From the NCBI GenBank assembly GCA_951406725.2, contig OX597820.1:58404001-58468000 (forward strand): a stretch of DNA of 64,000 nucleotides, read 5' to 3'. Of the stretch, positions 26,943-39,406 are shown one piece after another; the stretch's first letter is position 1; every line of letters starts with the position of its first letter. The stretch comes from Octopus vulgaris. Its lineage: Eukaryota. Under the pieces are notes generated by a model. The model saw nothing but the letters and a program-made list of their open reading frames with translations. It made no database searches and was not told the DNA's origin. A program made the position numbers and the translations under genes.

Positions 26943-27060
26943 TTGACTTCCACAAAAGTTCACGCTGGCTCCACTACGGAGTTTGGTGGTACCAAATTTG
27001 ATTTCGCTTAGGTCAATCCTCCATCCCATAGCCTCCATATTCTTCTTCTCCTGGTTTCGC
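26943..27060 (-). CDS. Receptor GC exon (intracellular juxtamembrane): RNQEKKNMEAMGWRIDLSEIKF...NFCGSQ
   Basis: TAG acceptor; GTTGGT donor chosen because the next exon needs phase 0; 118 nt; WRI...EI motif. Confidence 0.87.
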
Positions 27061-27351
27061 CTAGAATGAATAAGATAAACAGCAAGACAGAACGAGACAC
27101 ATAAATTATTTATCTAAATGAGTGCATATATGTGTATACACGCACACATAAACACACATCAACATAAGAATGTGTATATTCACATGCAGATACATACACA
27201 TATATCAATACATATTTATTAGTATTGAGAAGCGGTAAGCGTAGCACAATACTTATGAATAAACCAAACAAAGGAAAGAACTCCAGCACTGCTTCGAATA
27301 GTGGAAAACTCGCCTGGACTGATGCACTGTTTCAAATGGAGAATACTTTGA

Positions 27352-27802
27352 AGGGGATCTTTGTGGTTTACGGCACTGTTTACAATTTTGCTCCAACAGT
27401 TTTCAAATTTAGTATGTGGATTGAGTTTTGTAAACGAATTATTAAAATGGAATTCATTTTCCCTATAAATCCATAATTAAAAAATTATTAGCCATTAAAA
27501 TTTGTAAAGTTTGGGTATTTTAGTCAATCAGAAGCGAGTATTTTACACATCACCGTGGCGAAAATCTCTGTTTCCATAGTAAGCAAAGATCCTGCTTATG
27601 CGCACAAGGAGGAAAAGGAGATACGTGAAAGATAATCTACTATAATAATACTCTCGTGTTTTTCTCCGTCACAACATATGAATGGGATTGAAAGGGGTGA
27701 TAGATGAATAAGGAAGGAAAGGGCGATGGCAAACTGGTCGTGGGAGCGTTTCAACTCTATGTGAGTAGGTGTGTGTATGTAAAATGAAGGCATGTGAATG
27801 CT

Positions 27803-27879
<77 letters not shown>

Positions 27880-28532
27880 AATGAAGTGGGAGGGTGAACA
27901 TTCAACGCTGAAAAGAAAATTCAGACAGCGTTTCAGCTCTGTGTGAGTATATGTGCGTATATGTGTACACATACAAGGGAAGTATGTGAATGTTTGCATG
28001 TGTGAACCAGCGTTCTTTCAGTAACAAACGATGATTGATGTCACGTCTCAAAAGACAACCAGAAGATAACATTGACAAGTGTATTGATTTGATTTACCAT
28101 CCATATTTATATATAAAACATTTTCTAATAAATGTCTGTTTTAAAATAAAGTTTTGGCTGTTATTTCTTGCAACTCCTGTTGGTTTGTTTGTTCGTAGAT
28201 TTTAAATATTCAATTTGCTCGCGAATGTTTTAATGTTAACTTCATTCGTGTATATTTTAATGTTTTGACTGTTAATTCTCGCAAGTTTTGACATGCCGAT
28301 GCCCCCCCTCCCAATCACTGATGATGGAAAAGGTAGCGAACGTGCTGTTTTCTGATTGGCTGAAAATTCTGAAAATTATCAAACTTTGAACACCTGTAAC
28401 ACTTTTGCAAAACTTTTCTGGAATAAATTAATAGCAAATTCGGATTCAGCGTCAAAAATTACATCTATATGATACATTAAAAAGGTTTTTTAAGATAATT
28501 GTAAACAGTGACGAAAACCACAAAGATCCTCT
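27352..28532. mobile_element. Non-autonomous DNA transposon / MITE with about 36-bp terminal inverted repeats
   Basis: AGGGGATCTTTGTGGTTTACGGCACTGTTTACAATT at the left end; inverse with about 3 mismatches at about 28497-28532. Confidence 0.65.
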
Positions 28533-29461
28533 GAAGGCGATAAAAGTGTAAGCATGTAAAACTAAGTGATTAAATAATATTGCAAAATTCCGGTTTCTTT
28601 GGGGTACCCCATCGTACAGTGGCGTAGCTGGAGTGTACGCTGGCTGGGCAGCCCTTGATTTTGCCACTCACCCCGGGTCCCCTACCTCCCAAACCTTATA
28701 TAGCTTATACATGCTTATACAGCAAACTCAAATGTACCACACCCATAAAAGTGTCGTCTGGATGGGGCCGAACCTCTCACCTGCACACCACACCTATCCA
28801 CAATACTAAATATACCACGGCTGAGTGGTTAAGCAATTCACTTAAAAACCTTGAGGTCCTGGACCTGATCCCACTGCGTTGTGTCTTGAACAAGTGTCTT
28901 GTACCATTGCCTCAGACCTACCCAAGCCTTTTGAGTGAAATTTGGTAGAAGAAAAGTATGGAGGTCCGTCGGGCCAACTTTACTTGAATTTAATTAATTT
29001 AATTGAAAAGATTAGTCTCGCGTCCGTCTGTAATTTCACTGATTCTGCCTGCGGCTGACTTTGAGGTAACTTGCGTATAGAATACTCAGCCACTTATTCT
29101 ATAATTTCATAAGAAGGCAAGTCAGTAATTCGAACATCTCGAAGACTCATCATTAATATCGGTTTCAAATTTTTGCATAAGGCCAGCAAATTATTGAGAG
29201 GAGGTAAGTCGATTACATCGACCCAGGTATTCACTCAACTGCCACTTATTTTAATGACTCCGAAAAGATGAAAGGCAAAGTTGACCTCGGCGGAGTTTGA
29301 ACTCAGAACGTGAAGACAGACGAAATGCCGCCTAACATTTTGCCTGTTGTGCTAACGATTCTGCTTGATGACCACCTTGCTTACCGTCAATATCGACGGG
29401 GATCCCCTTTATTTTTCAACCGGAATAAAGTTTACAGAGTATATGGTATACATGACCTTAC

Positions 29462-29546
29462 CTATTGACAATGAAACCAACGATCATTAATAACAGGCCT
29501 ATCCCAAAAACAGCCAGTAAGATGTACACATAAATGGGAATGCCCT
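29462..29546 (-). CDS. Receptor GC exon (transmembrane helix): QGIPIYVYILLAVFGIGLLLMIVGFIVNR
   Basis: CAG acceptor, GTAAG donor, 85 nt, phase 1/2; about 23 hydrophobic residues; phases fit both neighbours. Confidence 0.92.
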
Positions 29547-31004
29547 CTGCAAGATAAAAGTAAAAGAATGGATAAAAATAAATGGATTTTAAGTAAATGT
29601 TGGTAAGCTAAAAATTGTGTGTTGATTACTGGCAAACTAGAGTAATCCGGATTCGATCCCTGGTGGAATATGTTTCATTTACACACAATAGCCGTCGAAG
29701 AGACGTATAAACGTGAGGTACATGTAACTACTATAGTCTCTCTACATCGAACCTCTGAAATTAATAAGCTTGATCATGCGAAGAATTGATCGATATATTC
29801 AGTTTATTGCATTCATAGATGAGATAAATATTTTAATCACGTTATATGTCGTATCGGCAATATTTTTGCCGGGTCTTGGAAGATTCGTTACGCCAAGAAT
29901 AACACTCGCACCGGTTCAATACCACTTCTCTATTGTTAGTCAATTGCCCATTCTCTCTCCAAAGTCTCAGAGAAGAAGGAGTCACTAAGTTACTGAGAAG
30001 GTCGCGAACGACGACGAAAAAAACTTAGTCTAACAAAAGAACAAAAGAACTTTGGCTAACAAAAAAACCCGATTGATTGTTTAACCAGCACATTAAACAA
30101 ACGATCGACTTTTTTTAACTGGTTAGATAGCTGAAACTAATTAATTAACGATAAAGAAGTGGTATTTGTTATTGTTGACGTAATAACTCTCCCAAGACAC
30201 AACAAAATTTGTTTCAACACATGAATTCACATCAGGAATCTTGCAAACCAAAAACAAAAACGAAGACAATACAATTGTTTAGAGAAAATATAATTCTTAT
30301 GTTTGTTATAAGCTTCTTAGCAGGCGTCATAAAGAAAGAAATAGATTGTTCGAATCGAAAGCACATCGCAGTTGACTCTATGATGCAGTTTTCATACATG
30401 ACTGACGATGATAACGTCCTTTCCATTTGAAGTTACTAATGCCATCGGGAAGTCATGAAAGTTATTTTCTTTTTAAATAAAAAGAAATCATTGACGATTT
30501 ATTGGTGTCATTTATGATTGTTGGAACTAAACTCTTACAAAAGGAGTATCTGTTTTTACTCTCCAAAATATGTACACTACGTACACAACAGACTCTTGTT
30601 TCTACATCTGTTTTTTTTTTTTTGTTAGTCAACTAAAAAAATAAAAGCAGAAATGTCTCAGGGAAAACGAAACAATAAAAGAACTTTAATTGGGAAGAAA
30701 GAATAAAACGAAAGAAAGACATAATAAGCGGCTATATTCGAAGAAATTAGGTTAAGGTCAGTGCTTCCAGTGTGAAGACATCAAGAATTACATTCACCAA
30801 CATTGGTGTGTACAACAGGCGTATAGACACAGACATAGCCAAATGGTTAAGAAGCTCGCTTTGCAACCTCGAAATTTCGGTTCAGTCCCAGTGTGCAACA
30901 CTTTGGACAAGTGACTTCTACTATAACCCTGGTCCCACCAATGCCTTGGGAGCAAATTTGGTAGATTGGAAACTGTGTAGAAGCCTGTCCTATATATATA
31001 CATA

Positions 31005-31038
<34 letters not shown>

Positions 31039-31393
31039 TGTGTAGGCGCAATGGTGCAGTGGTTAGGGCAGAGGACTCGCAATCGGAGAATCGCGGTTTG
31101 TGTGTGTTTATTGAGCGTAAACACCTAAAGCTCCACGAGGCTCCGGCAGGGGGTGGTGGTGACCCTTCTTGTACTCTTTCGCCCCAACTTTCTTTCACTC
31201 TCGCTTCCTGTTTCTTGAGTAACGCTGCGATGGACTGGCGTCCCGTCCAGCAGGGGGGAACACATACGCCACAGAAACCGGGAAACCGGGCCCATGAGCC
31301 TGGCTAGGCTTGAAAAAAGCGCATAAATAAAATAATATATATGATTGATTGATTCTAGTTTCAGCTCATGAGCTGTGGCCATGCTGGGGCACC

Positions 31394-31452
<59 letters not shown>

Positions 31453-31721
31453 ATATATATATATACGTATGTGTGTTTCTGTTTGTCCTCCACCACCGCC
31501 TGATAGCCAGTTTGTTTACTTCCCCTCGAAAGGTAGCAGTTCAGCAAAAAACACCGATAAAATAAGTAGCAAACTTAGAAATAAGTACTGAGGTCGATTT
31601 GTTTGACTAAACCCTTCGAGGCGATGCCCCAGCATGACTGCAGTCCAATTACTGAAACAAGTAAATGACAAAAGATATGCAAAGATCATGAGTTCAGCAA
31701 CATTTGTGTTTTTAAACATAC

Positions 31722-31866
31722 GTCTTTTAATACAAGCCGGATCGTCTCCAAGAAATCCGCAACGAGGTTCATTGGGAGGAGGCTCCAGTAAATTTCCAGG
31801 CCAGTGGATTTTTACGTCAGGGACAGGTTCATAATAGGGTTTGTTAGCAAGATAATGACCCACGAC
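31722..31866 (-). CDS. Receptor GC exon (juxtamembrane ECD): VVGHYLANKPYYEPVPDVKIHWPGNLLEPPPNEPRCGFLGDDPACIKR
   Basis: TAG acceptor, GTATG donor, 145 nt, phase 0/1; I.WP...PP..P.CGF...C hinge motif. Confidence 0.95.
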
Positions 31867-31930
31867 CTAAATGAAAAGCAAAGACGTATAACGTATGTAT
31901 GTACGTTTATATATATTATGTAAGTATTAA

Positions 31931-31964
<34 letters not shown>

Positions 31965-32135
31965 TTCTGTGTATAGATATATATATATAATATATATGCA
32001 TATAAGTGTATATAATGTGTGTGCATACCTTGTGCTTATATACGTATATGCTTTATGTATAAGCATATGTGCATATAAGTGCATACGTTTGTGTGTGAGT
32101 GTGCGTGTATATATGTATATATGTATATGTACATA

Positions 32136-32178
<43 letters not shown>

Positions 32179-32299
32179 CATATATATATATAGTTAATCC
32201 AAACAAGAAAACACAGAAAAAAAGAGAAAAAAACACAGCAACTCAGGACGTGGAACAATTAAAGTATTATTGACACTCAGGTGTATATATATATATACA

Positions 32300-32407
<108 letters not shown>

Positions 32408-32534
32408 TGATATATTGGTAGGAGTTATATTATTATTTAATAACAGTTTGATTCGGCTCCATACAACTTAAAAGTTTCGTAGCTAACTCGTCGTATGTGT
32501 GTGCGCGCGCGCGTGTGTGTGCGTGTTTGTATTA

Positions 32535-33170
32535 CCATGGTAACCTTTTAGCTCTACGACTTGTAGTTAGTCTTCCTACCACTCAAAAGCAATAGAAGCA
32601 CTCGTTGTGGATCATCGCTTCCAACATCATCAGCATATCTCACTTTTCAATCGCAGCAGATCTAGCAGAATCTTTCTCCCTTCCATCAAACACCAGTATT
32701 CTCTGGCCTGTTAAGAATTTTTGCAGAAAGCTTCAACAGTATTCTGTGTGATATCTCCGAAACATGTTATCTACGGATGGGTCCAGCCTTCTCTCAAATC
32801 TGGATGAAAACCTTTTTGTCAGACTACTTCCTCTCGTAAATTGCGACGACAGGGCTCTTTCCGACCTGTATTCTGTCAACTCAAATTTTTGCTTTATATC
32901 TCCGATACACTTTATCTTCATTAAACTGATCGCTGTTACATCTAACAACACAGACTCCTGTTCATGTTGATACAGTTCATTCCTTCTTTATCTTCAGAAT
33001 TGAAACATTATCTACATGCAATCTAGACGCCAAACTCCAGACTGTTACTGCTACCATGAAGGAATACTTTGACGACATCATCCATTGAAGGCCATACCAA
33101 CATTTTTCATCAATATAAAGACACAATCTATGCACATATCAATAAACAGTATTGATATTTAAATTATGCT
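32535..33170 (-). pseudogene. Decayed intronless reading frame (about 210 codons); candidate endogenous RNA-virus polymerase fragment
   Basis: Protein-like frame with few stops and one frameshift, and no transposon motifs; the viral assignment is inference only. Confidence 0.4.
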
Positions 33171-33337
33171 TGAATGACTTTATCCTCTCACGAAGCCAGT
33201 ACAATCCATGAAAAGAACTGACAGAAAACAGACTAAAGACTATTTCGTAATAGTATATGTGCTATATTTCCCGAGCGGTTATACTCCCGACAAATACTCT
33301 ACAACTCCAAGAATAATCAATCTCACCTGAAACTCAC

Positions 33338-33429
33338 CTGAAATTTCCCAGTGATAGGATTCATATCCAGAATTGAGAAACTTGATTCTCGGTCTCCGTT
33401 ATCATCGATAACCACTTCTCCAGTTATAC
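33338..33429 (-). CDS. Receptor GC exon (ECD): GITGEVVIDDNGDRESSFSILDMNPITGKFQ
   Basis: CAG acceptor, GTGAGT donor, 92 nt, phase 1/0; GITG.V.ID.NGDR motif. Confidence 0.95.
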
Positions 33430-33627
33430 CTGAAATAATTATTGAATACACTTTCCTTATTTTATCATTTAAATTACCAACAGTAGACGTAAAACTGATA
33501 TAGAGGGTTTGCATTGGCGCTAAAACAAAAAAAAACTGCGACTAGAACATTTATCAGTTATTGGCAATGAAGTAATGAGGAAATGAAATAAATAGAATTT
33601 GGTAGTGCAGAATTGTATAGCTGTTAC

Positions 33628-33763
33628 CTGTAAAATTACGATTCCACATTCTTCTAGTGACGTCGGTACTATTCCGAATGTTTCCACCACTTTCAAGTGT
33701 TTCGTTAAGAGCATAACCATACAAAATTGCCGAATCATAAAAAGTACCAATGAGATAATTTGC
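33628..33763 (-). CDS. Receptor GC exon (ECD): ANYLIGTFYDSAILYGYALNETLESGG...RMWNRNFT
   Basis: CAG acceptor, GTAAC donor, 136 nt, phase 0/1; FYD..LY..AL.E and MWNR.F.G motifs. Confidence 0.95.
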
Positions 33764-34389
33764 CTGTAAATAATACATAATGTAATCTTAAATATTATAT
33801 ATTAGTTTCAATTTTTGGCACAAGGCCAGTAAGTTTTTAGGGGACGGATATGTCGATTCATCGACTCTAAAGTTCATCTAGTAATTATTTTATCAACTCC
33901 GAAAAGATGAAGTCAACCTCAGCGGAATTTGAACTCAGAACGTAAAGACGGGCGAAAGCCGTTAAGCATTTTGCCCGACGTTCTAACGATTCTGCCAGTT
34001 TGCCGTCTTAAATATATTTTGACAGAAAAAGGGACTTTTTGCGCAGCAAATGTCCTGGAGTAGTTAATAAAATGACAGTTTCTATTACCTACGTGTATTG
34101 ATCAGCAATGGAGAGGTTCTCCTGAAGATGTAACAGCCAAAGTAACAATAAAAAAGGGAAAAATTCAGGGATCTATAACCTCTGTTGGCGTTAAATGGAG
34201 TGTCTCACTGAGTGGAGGGAAAACTGCGAGCAGCCTGTGTATGAAGAAATTAAGACAGTACTCAAAACAGATTCTCGCCGTCATTACTCCGAGTTTCACG
34301 TTGCCTCTTTTTGATATGACTGAAATATTTAAATTACAGGCTTCTAAATACTAAAATTCTAAAATTTTGAATTAGACAGTAAACATTTG

Positions 34390-34583
34390 ACGATTGTTAA
34401 CTTATTCTAATAAAACACCACCTTTCTCCATAAAGTATATTATATTTAATATTATACGATTGTTAACTTATTCTAATAAACACCACCTTTCTCCATAAAG
34501 TATATTATATTTAATATTATACGATTGTTAACTTATTCTAATAAACACCACCTTTCTATAAGTATATTATATTTAATGTTATA
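34390..34583. repeat. Tandem repeat, about 66-bp unit x3
   Basis: ACGATTGTTAACTTATTCTAATAAA..CACCACCTTTCT..AAGTATATTATATTTAATATTAT starting at about 34390, 34456 and 34521. Confidence 0.85.
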
Positions 34584-37427
34584 CAGCGATAGATCCGCTT
34601 CTGTTTTTTCTCTCGCATCCCTCTATGTTGCTTAATCTTTCCTTTTCTTTTCCTTTTCCACTATGTCTATTTCTGTGTACATATCTCTGTCTTTTTAATC
34701 TTTGATTTGTCTCACTCATTGGACTGTGGCCTTGCTGGAACAAGCCTTGAAGAGTTTTAGTCGAAAAGTGGATCTTAATCTATCGGTCTCTTTTGCCAAA
34801 CCGCTAAGTTACAAGAACGTAAATAGACCAACACAGTTTGTCACACAGTGTGTGACAAACAGACATAAATATACTCACACACACAATCAATATATATCCA
34901 AGGCTGGTGTTGTGAGTCAAAATACATATTAACATTTAGAATTTCTCTTTTCTCTTTTCTCTTTTACTTGTTTCAGTCATTTGACTGCGGCCATGCTGAG
35001 GCACAGCCTTTAAGTCGAGCAAATTGACTTTGGAAGCCTAGTACTTGTTCTATCGGGTTCTTTTGCCGAACCGCTAAGTTACGGGGACCTAAACACACCA
35101 GCATCGGTTGTCAAGCGATGTTGGGGGAACAAATACAGACACACAAACATATACATACAAATACATACTCATACATATACATATATATCCGACGGGCTTC
35201 TTTCAGTTTCCGTCTATCAAATCCACTCACAAGGCTTTGGTCGGCCCGAGGCTATAGTAGAAGGCACTTGCCCAAAGTACCACGCAGTGGGAATGAACCC
35301 AGAACCATGTGGTTGGTAAGCAAGCTACTTACCACACAGTCACTGCTGCGCCTTATAGAAAAACTATTTGCAAAGTTAATTTATAATGAAATGCCGTTAA
35401 GTATTTTGACCGGCGTGCTAACGATTATTTCTTTATTGCCCACAAGGGGCTAAACATAGAGGGGACAAACAAGGACAAGCAAAGGGATTAAGTCGACTAC
35501 ATCGACCCTAGTGCGTAACTGGTACTTATTTAATCAACTCCGAAAGGATGAAAGACAAAGTCGACCTCGTCGGAATTTGAACTTAGAACATAAAGAAAGA
35601 CGAAATACCTATTTCTTTACTACCCACAAGGGGCTAAACACAGAGAGGACAAACAAGGACAGACAAACGGATTAAGTTTATTATATCGACCCCAGTGCGT
35701 AATTGGTACTTATTTAATCGACCCCGAAAGGATGAAAGGCAAAGTTGACCTCAGCGGAATTTGAACTTAGAACGTAGCAGCAGACGAAACACCGCTAGGC
35801 ATTTCGCCCAGCGTACTAACGTTTCTGCTAGCTCGCCGCCTTAGCTATGTCGTTAATGATAAACTTTAGAATCTCAAAATTTAGAATATTTTGATGAAGT
35901 ATTTATCACTTGCATAAGCTTGTAATTCAAATAAAGATTTTGGTCATATGGAAAAACGATAACACGAAACTCAGAAAAATGACGATAAAAAATTTAATTG
36001 CTGTTATAAGTGTGCGCACACGCGAGTATGTTAACGTGTGTGTGTTCTATTTTTATAAAATATATCCAATAAAAAAAAAAACAGTAGGCTATAAAAATAT
36101 GACTCATTGATATTCTGGCAATTATAAACTTTTATCTTAATAATAACAATTTTTACTAGCATTTATGCAAACTAATGGTAGTGATTCACATGCTGAACTT
36201 CAAACTAATTGTTTAAATTGCCCATTTTTACTGCTCAGCAAGCATAAAATTTTGCAGAATATACAGTGTCTATTTTCCGTGACTAGATTGTACTTAATTT
36301 TTCTAAAGTTTACTGTCCAAACATTTGGTACTATAACCACCTTCACCAGCAATTATAAGTATATTACGTACAAGTTCTAAAGAAAATGTTTGCTAATAAT
36401 TTATTTTCGCTAACTTTTTCAAATCTTCTGTTTGCTTTCTGACCTAAATTCGATATCAGTTTTATTATATTTATATTTGCGTGTACATATGTGCATATGC
36501 AGCCAGGTATAAATGTGCACATTGAGGCACGTCCGAATGTTCACACAGAAGCACGTACATATATGCACAGGCATTACTGAACGTACATATGCACGTATAT
36601 AAATATTCAACAAAACCTTCCAACACTAGAAACTCTGAAATAGGTATTACCCTAGCCATACTTAGAATGCCAATGAACAATCACGCATTGTCGATATATG
36701 ATATAATACAAGCAACGGAATGACTATATCTGTTTCTCTGGTTTTACTTAAAAATTTTCCATATATGTTTGCACTTATAAATGGATGAATGGATAAAATT
36801 TCTTAGGAATGTATAGATAAATAAATTCAGAGATTTAACACTAATAAATACGCGTAGAAGTGAGTGCGCCTACGTCTAAGTGGGTTCATCTACTGAATTA
36901 ACTAGCAATGAGTACGACTAATTTTTTACGGTTTTTTTACGTAGCATGTTGTTACACGCATTGTTGCCAGCTTGCTGACTAGTCCGTCTCAAGATTATCC
37001 ATTCACAGTTAAGTAGATTGGAGCAACGTGGAATGTAGTATTTTGCTCAGGTACACAAAACATCGCCGGTCAGGGAATAGAAACCATGACCTTGCGATCG
37101 TAAATGTGCACTCCGTCGGTTACGAAAATGATGGTTCCAGTTGATCCGATCGATGGAACAGCCTGCTCGCGAAATTAATGTGCATGTGGCTGAGCACTCC
37201 ACAGATAAGTGTACCCTTAACGTAGTTCTCAAAGAGATTCAGCATGACACAGAATGTGACAAGGCTCGCCCTTTCAATACTCATCTTTGCTAGCTGAGTG
37301 GACTGGAAGAACGTGGAATAAAGTGTCTTACCCATGGACACAACGCGTAGCCGGGAATTGAACTCAGGACCTTAGGACCAGGAGCCAAACACCCTAAACA
37401 CTAAGCCACTCGCCTTCACCTACATAC

Positions 37428-37461
<34 letters not shown>

Positions 37462-37613
37462 GCACATACACATACATGCATACATACACACACACATATA
37501 TATATATATACACATACATGCATGCATACATAAATACATACATACATACATACATACATACATACATACATACATACATACATACATGCATACATACATA
37601 GTATGTACATACA

Positions 37614-37655
<42 letters not shown>

Positions 37656-37944
37656 TTGTTATTTATCTAAACAAGTGGAGAAATAGAAGAAATGAAGTTG
37701 AAAATGCACAGAGAATATATTAGAAGGATTAATTAGAATTTAATTATATTCTAAAATATAGAAATACATTTGACCGGTTTCACATTAAATTTTCAAAAAT
37801 GTATAGTGTCAGGTGTTGTGTCGCGAATTATGTCTATTCTTGACAATGTTATACAAACTGTCTTTAAAGTAAGAAAGTGGCTCAGAATGCTATCCTTTAT
37901 CTGATCTGGCAAAGTTTCTACAGCTGGATGCCATTCCTAACGCC

Positions 37945-39128
37945 AACCACTTTTACGTGCCACCGGCAAGAAGGCCAATCAGGCGGTACTGGCACCAGCC
38001 ACGCTCAAATGGTGCTTTTTACGCGCCACCTGCACAGGAGCCAGTCCGGAAGCACTGGCAACGACCATGCTCGAATGGTGCTTTTTACGTGCCACCAGTA
38101 CGTGAGCCAGTCAGCGGCCCTGACAACGATCGCGCTCGAATGGTACTTTTAACGTTCCACTGACACGGATGCCAATCAAGCGGTACTGTCATCGGCCACA
38201 ACAGCGAGTTCAGTTGCGTCAACAGGTCTTCGCAGGCGTAGTTTATTGTCCAATGATTGAAGAGTACTTTTAAATAGGCTGGTTATACACCACTGGCATA
38301 GGCCACAGGTTATGGTCTCACTTGGCTTGCCGAGTCTTCTCAAGCACAGTATATCTCCAAAGGTCTCGGTCACTTGTCATTGCCTCGGTGAGGCCCAATG
38401 TCGAAGGTCGTGCTTCACCACCTCATCTCAGATTTTCCTGGGTCTACCTCTTCCACAACTGTCCTCATCCATTCGCAACACATGACCATACCGGCGCAGT
38501 CGTCTCCCTTGCACATCACATCTGATTCTTCTTAAGTCCAACTTTTCTCTCAGGGCGCTTACACTCTGTCGAGTATGCACACTGACATTACACATCCAGC
38601 GGGGCATATTGGCTTCATTCCTTGCAAGCTTACGCATGTCCTCATCAGTTACGGCCCATGTTTCACTGCCATGTAGCATGGCTGTTCGCACACATGTATC
38701 ATACAGTCTATCTTTTACTCTGAGCGAGAGGCCCTTTGTCACCAGTAGAGGTAGGAGCTCTCTGAACTTTGCCCAGGCTATTCTTATTCTAGCAGTTACA
38801 CTTTCAGAGCACCCATCCCCGCTACTGACTTGGTCACCTAGGTAACGGAAGCTATCAACTACTTCTAGTTTTTCCTCCTGGAATGTGACGGAAGCTGTTC
38901 TCTGCACCTTTTCAGCTTTTATTGCTCCTGAGCATTTGCCACATACAAAAACTATCTTCCCAGCTAGCCTTCCTTTGATATTGCTGCACCTCTTATGTGT
39001 CCATAGCTTACACCGGCTACATCTTATGGAGTTTCTACCTACACCTTTTCTACAGATCGAGCAGGGCCATCTACCTCAAGGGATTTGTGGTTTGTCTGCC
39101 TTCCTAATTATTAAGACTTTGCTTTTTG
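37945..39128 (-). mobile_element. 5'-truncated RTE-like LINE with PHD-type finger; 3' region has about 66-bp tandem repeats (37945-38190)
   Basis: LEVVDSFRYLGD..ARIRIAWAKFREL..MLHGSETW..GRGRPRK. Confidence 0.85.
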
Positions 39129-39165
39129 ATACACACTCTCACACACACACACACACACACACATA

Positions 39166-39406
39166 TACATGAAGTTAAATATATGTCCGGTCATAGAGTG
39201 ACCGATGGTTTCGCATCCATAAAGAGTTTAGCTTTATAGACGACTCATCAGACTCCAATGGCCGGGGGCATATAACTTCTTTTCAAACTGGAGATTGAAA
39301 ACCGGTAACGACCACTGGAATTTGACGAGTCGTCTCTATAGCTAAGCGCTTTATGGATGCGAAACCATTGGTCACTCTATGACCGGACATCTATTTAACT
39401 TCATGT
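39166..39406. repeat. Inverted repeat, arms about 95 bp, each carrying a hammerhead-like sequence
   Basis: Arms about 39166-39262 and 39311-39406; the plus-strand copy has a UUGACGA core variant. Confidence 0.85.
39195..39256 (-). ncRNA. Minimal type-I hammerhead ribozyme motif, intact core
   Basis: GGAGU-CUGAUGA-(about 12-bp stem II)-GAAAC-CAUCG-GUC/ACUCU; stems I, II and III all pair. Confidence 0.8.

Noticed and set aside
34390-34583. Regularly spaced repeats that might suggest a CRISPR array (also 37945-38190 and 44092-44853)
   Set aside because: Units are contiguous tandem copies without unique spacers, in a eukaryotic intron, with no cas genes.
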